This document shows positions 12,922 to 28,456 of a stretch of 64,000 nt of DNA, one piece after another. The position numbers were made by a program, and so were the translations under genes. Below the pieces are notes generated by a model, which was not told the DNA's origin, ran no database searches, and saw nothing but the letters and a program-made list of their open reading frames with translations. Source of the stretch: Octopus vulgaris (taxonomy: Eukaryota); assembly GCA_951406725.2 (NCBI GenBank), contig OX597828.1, forward strand, positions 29,698,001 through 29,762,000, in the 5' to 3' direction. Position 1 is the first letter of the stretch. Every line of letters starts with the position of its first letter.

Positions 12922-13566
12922 AAGAGATTTGTTTATTTTCTGGCGGCAAACCTTATACAAATTTGGAACACAAAACAATAAACATTAATTTTCAAACGAT
13001 ACAAAAATACGCACACCTTAAAGGATTATCTGCTATATTCAGTATTTGGTGAGTTCGCCCTTGCTTTCAATGACTGCATTAAGTCTTCTGGGCATAGAGT
13101 CAATTAAATTTACACATATAACCCACGGGGTGATATAACCTCTAGTGAAACCACTTCCTTTACCTTTTCATACGAAGTAACATTTTTACGTTTATTTAAA
13201 ACGATGTATTAAACATTTCCAAATACATACAAATATATATCCTATGATTTTTGTGTGTTTTGTGGGGGAGAGGGCAGTTGTATTGAAATGTCACATACGA
13301 TTCAGTTTTCTGATGCAGAGAGGCAAGAATCTAATCATATTTGGTATATTAAGTTTATAAATACCTCTGTTTTGTAGATGTTTCTGCAATTTTCAACAAC
13401 CATTTAGGGTTTAGTTTGGAGTACATTTAGTTGAGAATTTCCCTTAAAAACTTCTGAGATGATTATAATGCAAAGTACTATGCAGCCCTGATTAGTTTTT
13501 TTTTTTAATTATGTCATTTATGCGATAATTATCTAGCCTTCATTAAATAATATGCAAGGCGTGGAA

Positions 13567-14147
13567 GTCGGCGAGCTTGCAGACACGTTAGCACACCAGG
13601 CGAAATGCTTAGCCGTATTTCGTCTGCCGTTACGTTCTGAGTTCAAATTCTGCCGAGGTCGACTTTGCCTCTCATCCTTTCGAGGTCGATAAATTAGGTA
13701 CCAGTTACGCACTGGGGGCGATGTAATCGACTTAATCCATTTGTCTGTCCTTGTTTGTCCTCTCTGTATTTAACCTCTTGTGGGTAGTAAAGAAATAGGT
13801 TTTCGTGTGCCGCTACGTTCTGAGTTCAAATTCCGCCGAGGTCGACTTTGCCCTTCATCCTTTCGGTGTTGATAAATTAAGTACCAGTTACGCACTGGAG
13901 TCGATGTAATCGACTTAATCCGTTTGTCTGTCTTTGTTTGTCCTCTCTGTGTTTCGCCTCTTGTGGGTAGTAAAGAAATAGGTATTTCGTCTCCGTTACG
14001 TTCTGAATTCAAATTCCACCGAGGTCGACGTTGCCTTTCATCATTTCGGTGTTGATAAATTAAGTACCAGTTGCGTACTGCGGTCGATCTAATCGACTGG
14101 TCCTTTCCCCCAAAATTCCGGGCCTCGTGCCTAGAGTAGAAAAGAAT
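13567..14147 (+). mobile_element. SINE family B with the body repeated three times in tandem
   Basis: One head (ggcgagcttgcaga), then three units of about 185 bp, each with gagttcaaattccgccgaggtcgactttgcc...gataaattaagtaccag. Confidence 0.88.
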
Positions 14148-14269
14148 ATGCATGGTATGTTGAATATATTGTCGTCTAGATTACGCAAAAATGAAAATAA
14201 CCCTCTCATTTTAACAGACATATTTACCAAAATTACATAAAAATATTTTGATATACTAAAGAGTAAATT

Positions 14270-15033
14270 TATTTAAATATATCGCCATTTGCTTCAACCA
14301 TGGCCTCTAGACGACATCGGAATTTCCTGCAGCTCTTCGGGGCAGTCTCCTTGTTTAAGTTGGTGAATGCTGCCATAATCTTTGCCTTCAGTTCATCTTT
14401 GGTGTTACAAGGAGTTTTGTTGGACTCCCGCTCAACTGTGCTCCACACATAATAATCAAGGGGGCTGCAGTCTGGGGAGTTAGGTGGCCAGATGTTAGGG
14501 TTGATTGGTCACAGAAATTGTCGGACAGCCATGACTGGGTTCTCCTGCTTGTGTTGCATGGTGCAGAGCTCTGTTGCCAGACACAGGCTCCTCCAGCAGC
14601 CACACACTTGGCTCAGGGCAGCACTAACTTATCCCGGCGCTTAATGCAGGCATCCCTGTTGAGTATGAGACCGTGCGGGAAGATGAAAAGAGGTATAACC
14701 TTGCCATCATTAGTGATCACTCCAAACACCATGATGTAGACTGGATGTTTGATTTCTATCACAATCGGTACAGGTTTTGGGGACACGGTAGGCCAACGGT
14801 TGTGCTGTCTGCTCACCATCTGTTCGTATTGGAGCTTCCGGCGCGAATGCCCAGCAGTACAGAATGTCGTTTCTAAATTTCTGCCAGAATGAATGGCATC
14901 ATGGTACTGTTTTTCTGACGGGCGGTACCCAACTGACCCTACCATACTGTGTGGTTGACAAAATCAAATGTAAACAATGAGCAAGCGTGAAAGTAAAAAT
15001 ATAAAATCACGACAATTCACCCATCGCACCCTG
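14270..15033 (-). pseudogene. Tc1/mariner-superfamily (maT/DD37D-like) transposon relic
   Basis: Minus-strand motifs KHPVYIMVFGVIT, VWQQSSAPC and WPPNSPDCSPLDYYVW. Terminus TA-cagggtgcgatgggtgaattgtcg at 15033. Confidence 0.82.
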
Positions 15034-15075
15034 TATATGTTGCGTTGTGTATTACTTAGTATGCTTTAATATATA

Positions 15076-15710
15076 TAAGGGTCGGACAACATAACATAAA
15101 ACACTTTCTTAAAATTAGTATTTTACTATTTGATACGGCGTTGGTCCACCTTTGCTATAATTCACAGCTTAGATTCTTCAAGGAATTGACCCGTAACGTT
15201 CCTAAACGGGTTTAAGGGAATATCGAGCCATTCTTCAAATAAAATCTGCGTTAGTTCTTTTAGTCTGGCTGGCGCCAGTAGGGGCACCTCCCTTGCTGCT
15301 GCAAAATGCACCATAAATGTTCGATTATAAAGAAATCCTGTTGGCGTGGAGGCCAATCTAAGTGGTCCACTTCACTCTTTTGCTCTTTATACCAACTTTG
15401 AATAACCTTCGCCATGTGGTACAGAACGGCATCTTCATGGAAGATTGCTCTACCATAAGGGATCAATGTAGAACGGACCAAAATATTCAAATAATCCTCG
15501 ACTTTGACTTTGCCATGGAATAGCTAAAGGACCAAAAGAATTCCTGGTTACGACAACCCAAATTATTACAAAACCAAATCCATGCTTCACGACAGGAGCT
15601 TCCGGCGGTCGGCAGAAGTAAAGTCGGCCCGAAGTGGGGAAAAAAGGGCGGATGATGTTACAGCAGGAGAAATGACATTATTCCATTGAACAATAGATGC
15701 GTACACCTAA
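15076..15710 (-). pseudogene. Tc1-like (DD34E) transposase relic
   Basis: Minus-strand VVKHGFGFVIIWV, FHEDAVLYH and DWPPRQQDFFIIEHLW resemble Tc1 TVKHGGG, FQDDNAP.H and WPxQSPDLNxIExLW. Confidence 0.72.
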
Positions 15711-15894
15711 CTATCAAAGTTTGGAAGTATGCATGCATGTATGTATGCATGCATATCATGCGTAAATGCATTATGTATCTATGCATCTACATATACACAC
15801 TTACATAGACAGCAGAAGTACACACGCGCATGCACACACGCATACGCACGCATACGCACGCACACAGATGCACGCACACTGACAGACAGACAGA

Positions 15895-15933
<39 letters not shown>

Positions 15934-16121
15934 TGATTCGGCTTGTCAGATAACAAGCAGACGAACTTAAGTAGTTTGTCATTAACATATATCCTGATTG
16001 AATTGATCGATCTAATGTCTTATGAATGCTTGGTATACGCTGAACATGATACTTTTAAGTTACAATGTATTATCATTATCTCGCGATATCTTTAGATATA
16101 TCTTTACACTACACACACACA

Positions 16122-16202
<81 letters not shown>

Positions 16203-17217
16203 GCCGTTGTACTGTTATTAAGTATACCATTTTCCTTGTAACCACCTACAACTTATTACACAAATAACCATATACTGCCACACACACAGACGCTCAGATA
16301 TCTACACATAACCATCGCTGTTTGTTCTAATAATGCCTAAGTCACGATGTATTCTATAAGTTATTTACTTATTTACTTATTTGCTTATTTACACTACAGG
16401 CTACAAAATACTTTGCTTTTGTTTGTTGGCTGTCATTTTTGCTTTTGTCTTTGTTTTCGATTTTTCAGTGATTTTTTCTTTCGTTTTGTCTTTCTCTCCT
16501 TCACTCTCCACAGAATGCCTAACAGCAAACCATGGGCAGAGTTTCTTACTTATAACTTACTCTATCTTTCTTTTTCTTTTAAACTTTTCTCTACATCCTG
16601 TCTTTTGATTATGCGTATTTGTAACCAACTCACATTTATGCTTATCTTTGTTCTTTCATTGTATTTTGCATATGGTTGCCGTTATGTTTCATCTTCTTCT
16701 TTTGGTGTCTCTCTTTGTCATTGGTGTTTATAAATTTGATAAATTTCTTCTTTCTTTTGTAATACCGACGAGCATTGTTGTCTTGTCTTATAGCTTCGCA
16801 ACTTTTATGCCTCCAAACTATTTATCAGATTTTAGTGAAAATTTCCTACACAGCCTAGGGAAGGTCACTCGCCTCGGCATGTGATGCAGTAAGCCATTCA
16901 GCTGCTTTCCATTGGTTCGTCTTGCTGCTTTCCTTTCCGTTGTCACTGCCGTCGTCAGCGCCACCACCAACACAATCCACATCGTCGTCGTTGTCATTTT
17001 AGTCCATTGCCTCCTCATTTTCGTCCTTGTCATCGTCGTCATCACGATGCTTATTCCGATTTCTGTTGTTGATATTTTGAATAACTTTCTGATTTTGCGA
17101 ATGTTATTGGTTCTTTATGTTTCACCCGATGTCCATTACTATCGGCGAGGAATACGAGAAGCCCTCCAAGCGTAGCCTTCCCTTTATCTGATATGCGCGC
17201 GCTCAAACACACACACA

Positions 17218-17254
<37 letters not shown>

Positions 17255-17462
17255 TTATATATGTATGTATAAAATTAATGAGTGCGTGCGTTACATAAAT
17301 ATTTTTCAGGATTAAATATTTTCATATATATATATATGTGGGTGTGTGTGTATGTGTGTGAGTGTGTGTGTATGTGTAGGCATATTCATGTATGCACACA
17401 CACACACACATATATATATATATACATACATACACACATACATACATACATACATACATACA

Positions 17463-17532
<70 letters not shown>

Positions 17533-17537
17533 TGTAT

Positions 17538-18300
17538 AACCAGCGCAAGACTATATCCACTAAAAACAGAGCTAAAAGTGAAAAAAACGTGGTCATCCTA
17601 ACTGTGGAACATGCTCCCACCTGTTGGAGGGTTCAGAATTCCACTTCAAACAAGGTGAAATATTTAAGATCAAATCAAATTTCACCTGTGCCTCGGAAAT
17701 TCTAATCTATGCCATGACATGCTTAGGATGTGGTAAGCATTATATTGGACAAACAGGATTATCACTCCCTCGAAGAACCACCTTCTACAAAGAACAAATC
17801 AGCCACCCACAATACAGACAGTTACAGGTTAGTGAACACATAGAAAGGTATGCTAGGAATCATAATCCTAATTTCCAAAGTTTACCCTTCTATCAATGTT
17901 CACAGAACACCTCAATGCAACAAACATTGAATAAAGAAACACTTTTCATCAATAAATACCTTCCCCAACTAAATATGAACACATAACATAATACAGAACA
18001 CTAGTAACCCTTCAATTTATACCAGTAACCACCATACATCCCTTACATCATTCACATTACAATTCTATATCTAATCTAACTGCACAAAATCCAGAACTAC
18101 TTACCTCCCTTACAAATAATCTTTTTACTGATGCCGTTCATTAGCCGGTGTTCATTCAAAGCAATGAATAGACTTATGAAACCGCGGTATGCTTGAATCT
18201 CTTCAATAATCTCATAATAATGACTTTTATTACTTTTATTACTACCTCAGTTCATCTAATTGTATATATCTGTCGTTACCTTTCATAAAACGCTTTTTCT
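17538..18300 (+). mobile_element. Neptune-like PLE 3' portion: Zn-knuckle linker + GIY-YIG ORF (to 17986) + 3' UTR
   Basis: (C)GHPNCGTC..L linker, then FTCASEILIYAMTCLGCGKHYIGQT...R...K...VSEHI...KETLFI..Y.PQLN. Begins in a (TA)n tract and has a frameshift in the A-run at about 17581. Confidence 0.88.
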
Positions 18301-18394
18301 TTTTTATTTACAATGTGCATTTTCGTTGATTTTTTAAAACTTTCCCCATACATTTCCACGTGTAGTTTCAATTTTCTTTTTGCAACATATTTCC

Positions 18395-18609
<215 letters not shown>

Positions 18610-19051
18610 CGTTTTGGGAATTGGTTTGCATGATTCTTTATTTGAATGTGTCATATTCTGTTGCGTCTGGAGAGAGTCATTCTCTTTTGGCGCTTTATAT
18701 TTTAACACTCTCACCGGTAAAATTTCTACTTATTTATATTTTCTTTTTTACTAAAATTTTCGTTGCGTCTTGCAATCTTTTCAATACTTTTGACTCTGTC
18801 AGTTACTCACACTGCGTCCCTTTTTGTTTGTTTGTCCTCATGTGTATGGATCAGTGTGTGTGTGTTTTGCAACTATGTACCGTGTTTGTATGTATTGATG
18901 TGCTTCTCCATGTGTGTGGACGTGTGTTTCCATATGTGTCCTTGTATAAAAGTAATAAGTGGAATAAAAAAGTAATAAGTGGAAATTTTACCGGTTAGTG
19001 TGTTAAAATATAAGGTACCGACAGAGAATGACTCTCTCCAGACACAACAGT
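18610..19051. mobile_element. (TA)n-embedded element with inverted arms of about 78 bp, PLE-terminal-repeat-like
   Basis: 18655-18733 is an imperfect reverse complement of 18973-19051. Hammerhead-like motif on the minus strand at 18749-18788. Confidence 0.6.
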
Positions 19052-19054
19052 ATA

Positions 19055-19091
<37 letters not shown>

Positions 19092-19294
19092 GATGCCGAG
19101 GTGAGAATCCACGCCGCCATCTCTTCAGTTATCCGACCATTGGAAAAAATGATATGAAAAATGACCGTTATACAAAGAGAAATTTCTGTGTGATTGACCG
19201 TTATTATATGCACGCACTCAAATACATATTTCAAAATTCTTTTATTTATTTATATGTTTCAGCCTTGAGCCTGCGGCCATGCTGAGGCACTGCC

Positions 19295-19590
19295 ACTGTA
19301 ATCACCTTTTAATTCTTTAAATTGGCCAATTCTATGGAGTTGGCTTTTGGTGAAGGGGGGGGGGAATTTGATGCCACTGCTCTCTTTTGAATTTCGTGCA
19401 TTGATATTGGTTCATCTGGGATCTTGGATAGCAAGAGATCAAGATATTTCTTGAAAATATTTACTCAAATTCCACGGAGATCTCTCAGATATGTTGACAA
19501 GGACAGATAGCTGTGGGCCCTTGAATCCCGAGCTATTGTAGTACCTGGTCCTCGCCTTAGATGAGGCAGTTGAAACTTTTGGAACTGCAC
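19295..19590 (-). mobile_element. CR1/L2-type LINE 3' fragment
   Basis: Minus strand GPQL...LRDL.G...FKKYLDLLLSKIPDEP resembles the C-terminal motif of CR1/L2-group LINEs. Confidence 0.6.
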
Positions 19591-19871
19591 TGACGTTCAT
19601 TAAACAGCCAAACTGCTTATATACTCAACAAATGTAGCAGTTACTCTATGAAGGAGTCCCTAATTTGCATACTTTAATCGATTTTCGAACCTTCTTGGGT
19701 TCTCATTAGAGGCGTCTACATCATTCTGGCAGTCTCCAGAGAAACATGCAGCCAAACTGTTTTCAACAAATGCAGCAGTTACTCTATGAAGAAGACGTCC
19801 CTAATTTGCATAATTTATAGCTTTTAACGCTATAAATACCAAGTACATATATGAATATGTATGTATCTCTC

Positions 19872-19928
<57 letters not shown>

Positions 19929-19983
19929 GCATACATACAGACATGCTTACATAAATACATATATACATAATACATACATATAT

Positions 19984-20043
<60 letters not shown>

Positions 20044-21799
20044 CACACCCACATACACACATATATACATGCATACACACACACACTATGGTTCTAGTGA
20101 GTGATTTGATGGAAACATGAGAGTTTCGATGCTTAACTGATGCTGTAGATGTGTTGTGTCAGTAATGATTACCAAATCTAATTCCACATTTCTACTCCGG
20201 TTCTAGTATATATTCGTTGAAACAAATACGCTGTTAAATACCTTGGGAAATTATTTGAAAGAAGGTGGCATAAAAAAAAAACAGGCGTGATGATGTAAGG
20301 TGATCTGAAACAGATGATCGTAAAGCATATGTACAAAGAATTCTTAATTTACTGAAATTAATTGATTAATTGTAACACCCATTTTAGTTGTAGTGAGAAA
20401 ATATAAGCCTGGCACTAATTGTCGGCGACTCTCAGAGTAAAATGGAGTTGTGTTCAAAATTATAACAATTAATTTCCGAAAATTTTATTTATATGCTTAT
20501 TAGAAATACAATCTGTGTAGAGACAAGGAGATTCTCTTGTCAGCAAAGTATATCATAAGCATTAAAATTCCCCAGCATAATATAATGGATTCAGATAGAA
20601 TAAATGGAAGTTGATTAATATGTTCATAGCAGTCTTAATCCCTTTCACTGAGAGTGCCGTAAGTTTCAACAGCAACAGAGAATTACTGTCACTTTTAAGA
20701 ATGAATTATAGATTCCGAAAGAAAAAGAAAAAGCAAAGAATACAATAAAGAAAAACATCAACAAAACATAATGCCATAATGTCATACCAACTAATAACTT
20801 AAGGCCTTTATAAAAATTTCTTAAGTTATTTGCTGTGGCGACATTCATTGAGGATATTTTTTACTCATAAGAAAATGGTTACAGGTTGGATGGCGGATTC
20901 AAGTAAGTCTGCAGTGACAACGCATACAAAAACTATTGCAACTCTTTCAGAATATGCTTTAAGAATATAAACACCATCATTGGAGGAAAAGTGATTTCCA
21001 GTATAGAGAAAGAGGCCACGTTCTCCAAAGTTATTTCACCAAATTAAATCAATGGCTCCGTTTGCTCTGTGGTCGTTGCCGAGAATGGCCGAAGATCTTC
21101 TAATTGTTGACTTCTAGTTAAAGTTCCTCGAGTGCATGCATGTTTGGAGGTAGTCAAGACTTGTTAGAGAAGATTTTCTGGGGACTCTCTGTTTTGTCAT
21201 CTGAGTATTTGAGCCATGGTGAAAATCGGAGATGCTTTCTGTCTTGAGTCGGACGAGATTCAATTCTATACCACTTATTCATTCAGGTCTATATTTATGT
21301 GTGTGTGTGTGTGTGTGTCTGCACATATGTGTATTTATGTGTGCATTTGTGTGTTTGTATTTCTACCCTTCTCTCTGTGTATGTTTGTGTGTATGCGAAT
21401 AGCCAACACGAATCTTTTATTGTGTTTCTGTATGTCTCATAAATAAACGTGATAGAAATCTCCACTCGACTGTTTCCTCTCGTAGTGATTCGCGAAAGCG
21501 TGATCAAATATATACATTTCTTTAGGGGATAAAACAGGAAATATTGCCTACAATTTTCCTAATGGCTACCATTCTCTGTCGAAAGTAGATCGAAGAGAAT
21601 ATTCACTGGGAATAGACATTCTCAAACCTACTAGTATCACATAGAAAACACAAAACTAATACGAATTTCATTTACGTTATTTAACACAATATCAATAATT
21701 TATATTCAGGGCACATATTTAATTCAGTCGAACTTAACTCATGCCTGGCATTTAAATGTAATCCAATGAGACCGAGAGCTCAATTGAAACTTAATAAAA

Positions 21800-22192
21800 C
21801 TAGCAGTATCGCCCGGCGTTGCTCGGGTTTGTTTCGACCCTTTAGAATTGGAATTTTTGAAAAGTAAAAATTTTGCATTATGTAGCTTGTTATTCTCTTT
21901 AAATGAAAATTTTTTTTATCGTTGAAATACACCGAAAAATGGCGACACAGCAGTCAAAAACTCGTAAAAATTAGGGATTATCATAGAAAAAAAGCACCTT
22001 TTTGATGTTAATAATTTTTGGTGTTAACATGGTCCGATTTGTATTTTTTCTTCTACGGAAGGAAGAGCAAGTCTTCTTCTATCATACTCTCAATTTTGGT
22101 GAACTTGCGCCGCAGGGTCTCGGGGGAGATAGTGTTAGTTGAAGGCTACCAAACCTGCCATACACAGACAACTTCAGTTTTATATATAGAGA
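21800..22192 (-). mobile_element. Non-autonomous Helitron-like element
   Basis: Minus strand starts TC(tatatataaaa) and ends with hairpin cccgagc-aac-gccggg 8 nt before CTAG, followed by T. Confidence 0.72.
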
Positions 22193-23301
22193 GGTTACAA
22201 TCCGACTACAGAAGCTAAATAAAAAATTCACAAATTTCAACAACTCTGCGAGAAGCAGCGTAATAATAGTCATATAGATTAGCTCCATAATCTCCGCAGT
22301 TTCCGTCGATAAACTGAACTTGCTTCTTAGAAATAAGAGGTCGAGTTTCCGAAGTCGCGTAGATGCTTCATGTATTTCACGAAGAAACTCATCGTTAGAT
22401 CATGTAACAACGTAAAACCTTTGACTTACAGGCAGAGTCACTATGACTGGCTTGCAAACAGTTTCTCTCAAACTGGAATCGCTCCCAGAACTGGAATCAA
22501 CTTACGATCATGATTGAAAGACCCCTGTCAAAGATGGCTATGGTGGAATCGAACCCAAGACCTATTCATTAGGAAGCCAAATTCTTAACCAATCGGTCAT
22601 GCCTATGATCAATACAATTGTTTAATTATCACTATCAGGGTATATAATTATAAATATTCGTCAGAGAGTTATTTCCCTTATAAAACTGACGTATATGAAT
22701 GCGGGTATAAACATATGATATATATAAATATACATATATATATATAAATATATACATAAACACACAAACGTATATGTCCATCCGTCCGACCGTCCATCCA
22801 TCCTTCCATCCATCCATATATGCATATATATATATATGGCTGTGCGTGTACATGTGTATATGCATGTACGTATGTGCATATATATATATATATGAATACA
22901 CACATACACACACAGATTGAGAAGTATATTTTTGATCGAAATTAGCGATCGATAATGTACTCAAGATATAACTGCAGTTCGCTTAAATGTAAGGAAGTAT
23001 AAAATAACCATTCACTATTCTCTGTTTTCCAGTTCTTTCTCTGCTTTCACTGGATTCCGTTCAGACTAAGTGGTCAAAGATAACAGACCATTGTCTGGTG
23101 TCTCCTTGCTTCATATCTCGTCGAACGCAGTTTGTGTCTGGAGTCGCCGGAGTTAATTCTACTTGTTACCTTATCTATTCAACCAAACCGATTCTAAGGA
23201 CAATCATCGATTTTGTAGACGTCGGCATAATGGCAAGCGCAGTACGATGTGCGAGTGTGTGTTTGTGTATGAATGTGTGTGTGTGCGTGCATGTACATAT
23301 A

Positions 23302-23350
<49 letters not shown>

Positions 23351-23371
23351 AAATCCATATATATACATATA

Positions 23372-23412
<41 letters not shown>

Positions 23413-23600
23413 ATAAATATATATAAATATATATATATATATATATGTGTATGTATGTATCTATGTATGTATCTATGTATGTATCTATGTATGTATCTAT
23501 GTATGTATCTATGTATCTATGTATATATATATATATATATATGTATAAATATATATAAATATAAATATATATATAAATGACCGTGTATAAATATATATAA

Positions 23601-23632
<32 letters not shown>

Positions 23633-23635
23633 GTA

Positions 23636-24166
<531 letters not shown>

Positions 24167-24178
24167 GCACACACACAC

Positions 24179-24239
<61 letters not shown>

Positions 24240-24734
24240 CACAAATATACATACACACACTGACACACGCATGTGTGCATATATGTATGTATGTATGTAT
24301 TTATTTATGTATGTATGTATGTATAGATGTATGTACGTATGTATAAATGTATGTATGTATGTATGTATGTATGCAACATGTCATGTGTGCGATTAGCTAG
24401 ATAGCAGACATTCATTTGAAATGGCAATGGTTTATAGTTTATTACCGGTCATGCTGGAGCATTTAGTCGATAAATACTCGAACACAAACAGTTGAATAAT
24501 AGATATGTGTTAGGCAGTTAAAAGCCTCCGCGTGTGTTGCTGTTGTTTGCTGAAAGCCAGATGTATTCCTGTAGATCTATGATAAATGACATTCCATCTG
24601 TGACACTCCCTTTTGTTTTAGTGCACTATTCACGACAACATTCAGTGTAGCTTAATTTAAAAATGGTTGTTATTTGAGCGGTACTGAGTTGCTGAGGTTA
24701 TGAGGTCAAGCAACCATATTAGGGCTCCCTTATT

Positions 24735-25340
<606 letters not shown>

Positions 25341-25357
25341 AACATATATATATATAT

Positions 25358-25558
25358 TACTCTTTTACTTGTTTCAGTCATTTGACTGCGGCCATGCTGA
25401 AGCACCGCCTTTAGTCGAGCACATCGACCCCAGAACTTATTCTTTGTAAGCCTAGTACTTATTCTATCGGTCTCTTTTTGCCGAACCGCTAAGTTACGGG
25501 GATGTAAACACACCAGCATCGGTTATCAAGCGATGTTGGGTGGACAAACACAGACACA

Positions 25559-25610
<52 letters not shown>

Positions 25611-25781
25611 CATATATACGACAGGCTTCTTTCAGTTTCCGTCTACCAAATCCACTCACAAGGCTTTGGTCGACCTGAGGCTATAGTAGATGACGCTTAC
25701 CCAAGGTGCCACGCAGTGGGACTGAACCCGGAACCTTGTGGTTGGTAAGCAAGCTACTTACCACACAGCCACTCCTGCGCC
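25358..25781 (-). mobile_element. SINE family A, full length
   Basis: Reverse complement of 5646-6068. Confidence 0.92.
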
Positions 25782-25899
<118 letters not shown>

Positions 25900-27089
25900 C
25901 ATGTATGTATGTACACACACATACACACACACACGCATATATATATATATATATATATATGTAGGCGCAGGCGTGGCATCTTGGACAAGTGTCCTCTACT
26001 GAAGCCTCGGGTCGACCATGTGACGCCCTTCGGTCGTGAAATTTACCCCCCGAGGCACAAGTCCGTGCAAGGTTGTTTATGGATGATCAGCATTCGCCTA
26101 TGTGCACCGATGTTATCCAAAGGAAAAACAAAGACCGATACAGCTTGGCACCAGTGACGTCGTAACACATTTCTACAGCTTCCTTCTTCCTGCTTTCTAT
26201 ACTTCAGCTTCGATCCTGACCTTCCTCTCCTTGAAAGCCTTCTTCTTCCATTATTGGGAATGGGAAGAACCAACACCTTGCCATTATCTGCATGTAATCT
26301 GAATGAGGTCGCGTATCTTCAGCATGCTTTCCCCGCTTTCAACCTCAGCGAGTGCCGTGCTGGCTACCCAACTTCACCCAGACCTTGTTGCGAAATCTGC
26401 CTGTCTTACACGCTCATACTGAGAGTCTCACTACATCATTCTTATGACCTTGAATTCCTCTATCAAGGGTAGAATTTGGAGTTGTCAAGATCTTATGTAC
26501 AGGTGTTTTGAAGTGAAGCTTCGAGGGACACCTTATCAGCCTCGAAGATATTTATTTAACTTTCTCACCACCCTTTTTGTATAATGTGCATATCTGTGTG
26601 TCCGTCTCTAACGAGGTGTTCATCTCGTAAATGATATAGGAAAGTCATCTCACATACAAAGCATAGTTGATATGGTAATGATGGTTAACAGAAGAAACCG
26701 AAGGAGTACAGGCAGTATCAAAATTAGTTTCTGTATTTGACAACAACAAACGGTCACCGCATATTAATATCGTTGTTATTAAAACAATGTGAGACAAGTG
26801 CACGCTACTGTATAAAGCAGTGAGAAATATTTTCCTGCATCATCTATTTACCGATACGTGTAGTAGACAACTGGGAGTTAACTATCTTTCCTACGGACAC
26901 ATTACAATGCCGGCGGCAGTGTAAGTAGCGGCCACAAAATCAATAAACATCCTACCAACTCCATCGTCTTAGACTGTCACTGGCATACATACATGCAGCG
27001 ATAGTCTGATGTATGAATATGAAAGTGTGTGTATATTTTTAGGAAACATCACTGCCATACTTGAGAATAAGTCTTCGGTTTCAAATTAG

Positions 27090-27328
27090 GGCGGCGAGCT
27101 GGCAGAAACGTTAGTACGCCGGGCGAAATGCTTAGCGGTATTTCGTTTGCGTTACGTTGTGAGTTCAAATTCCGCCGAGGTCGACTTTGCCTTTCATCCT
27201 TTCGGGGTCGATAAATTAAGTACCAGTTACGAACTGGGGTCGATGTAATCGACTTAATACCTATGTCTGTCCTTGTTTGTCCCCCCCCCTCTTGGTTTAG
27301 CCCCTTGTGGGTAATAAAGAAATAGGTT
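27090..27328 (+). mobile_element. SINE family B (Meta-domain-like core)
   Basis: ggcggcgagctggcagaaacgttag...gagttcaaattcc, then gccgaggtcgactttgcctttcatcctttcggggtcgataaattaagtacc. Confidence 0.9.
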
Positions 27329-27463
27329 TCAGCAATGTTACATTCAGAAGAATGAGAGTAAAATACATTGCGATTGAAAATTCTCAACCATACGGGTAGA
27401 GTGTTTTGTGTAATGATTTAAGATTATGTGTGTTTAAAAATATGTTTGAAATACGATTCTCAA

Positions 27464-27868
27464 GGCGCAGGAGTGGCTGTGTGGTAAGTAGCTTGCTAAC
27501 CAACCACATGGTTCCGGGTTCAGTCCCACTGCGTGGCACCTTGGGCAAGTGTCTTCTACTATAGCCTCGGGCCTTGTGAGTGGATTTGGTAGACGGAAAC
27601 TGAAAGAAGCCCGTCGTATATATGTATATATATATATATGTGTGCGAGTGTGTTTGTGTGTCCGTGTTTGTCCCCCTAGCATTGCTTGACAGCCGATGCT
27701 GGTGTGTTTATGTCCCCGTCACTTAGCGGTTCGGCAAAAGAGACCGATAGAATAAGTACTGGGCTTACAAAGAATAAGTTCCGGCGTCGAGTTGCTCGAC
27801 TAAAGGCGGTGCTCCAGCATGGCCGCAGTCAACTGACTGAAACAAGTAAAAGAGTAAAAGAGTAAAGA
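27464..27868 (+). mobile_element. SINE family A, full length
   Basis: Near-identical to 5646-6068. Confidence 0.92.
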
Positions 27869-28380
27869 GAAGTAGCCATCACTTTACAGAGCAGCTTCTC
27901 AGTCTTACAGGGAAGTAGAATAACAAATAAGTTTAGTGTTAAACGTCTATCGTAAATGCGAATGTTGATACACAGTCCTAAAGAGCAAATTTAGAGCTGG
28001 CGCGCACACACACACCTGTATATCTTGTTTATGTTGGCACTTCTGGCTCATTTAATCTGATGTCTGTCTCATTCTGTCTTCCATAACTTTTTTGCAAGAT
28101 ATACATCAATAAATTTCAGCACCGAAACAGAGAGAGAAAGGGGAAGAGAGAGAGAGAGAGGAGAAAAGGAGGTTAGAGAGAGAGAGAGAGAGAGAGAGAG
28201 CGGAAAAAAGGGAGGTTAGAGAGAGAGAGAGAGGGGGGGAGAGATGTAGGTTGTTACTGCTGCCTCTCTGTGTACATAGAATTAAAAGCGATGCGAGGGA
28301 GTCAAGAAAGCCGGTTTATAACAAAAAGAACGAGTGTGTCAATTAATAAATTGATGGCAATCGCACGGGCTCGCTCAGAA

Positions 28381-28456
<76 letters not shown>

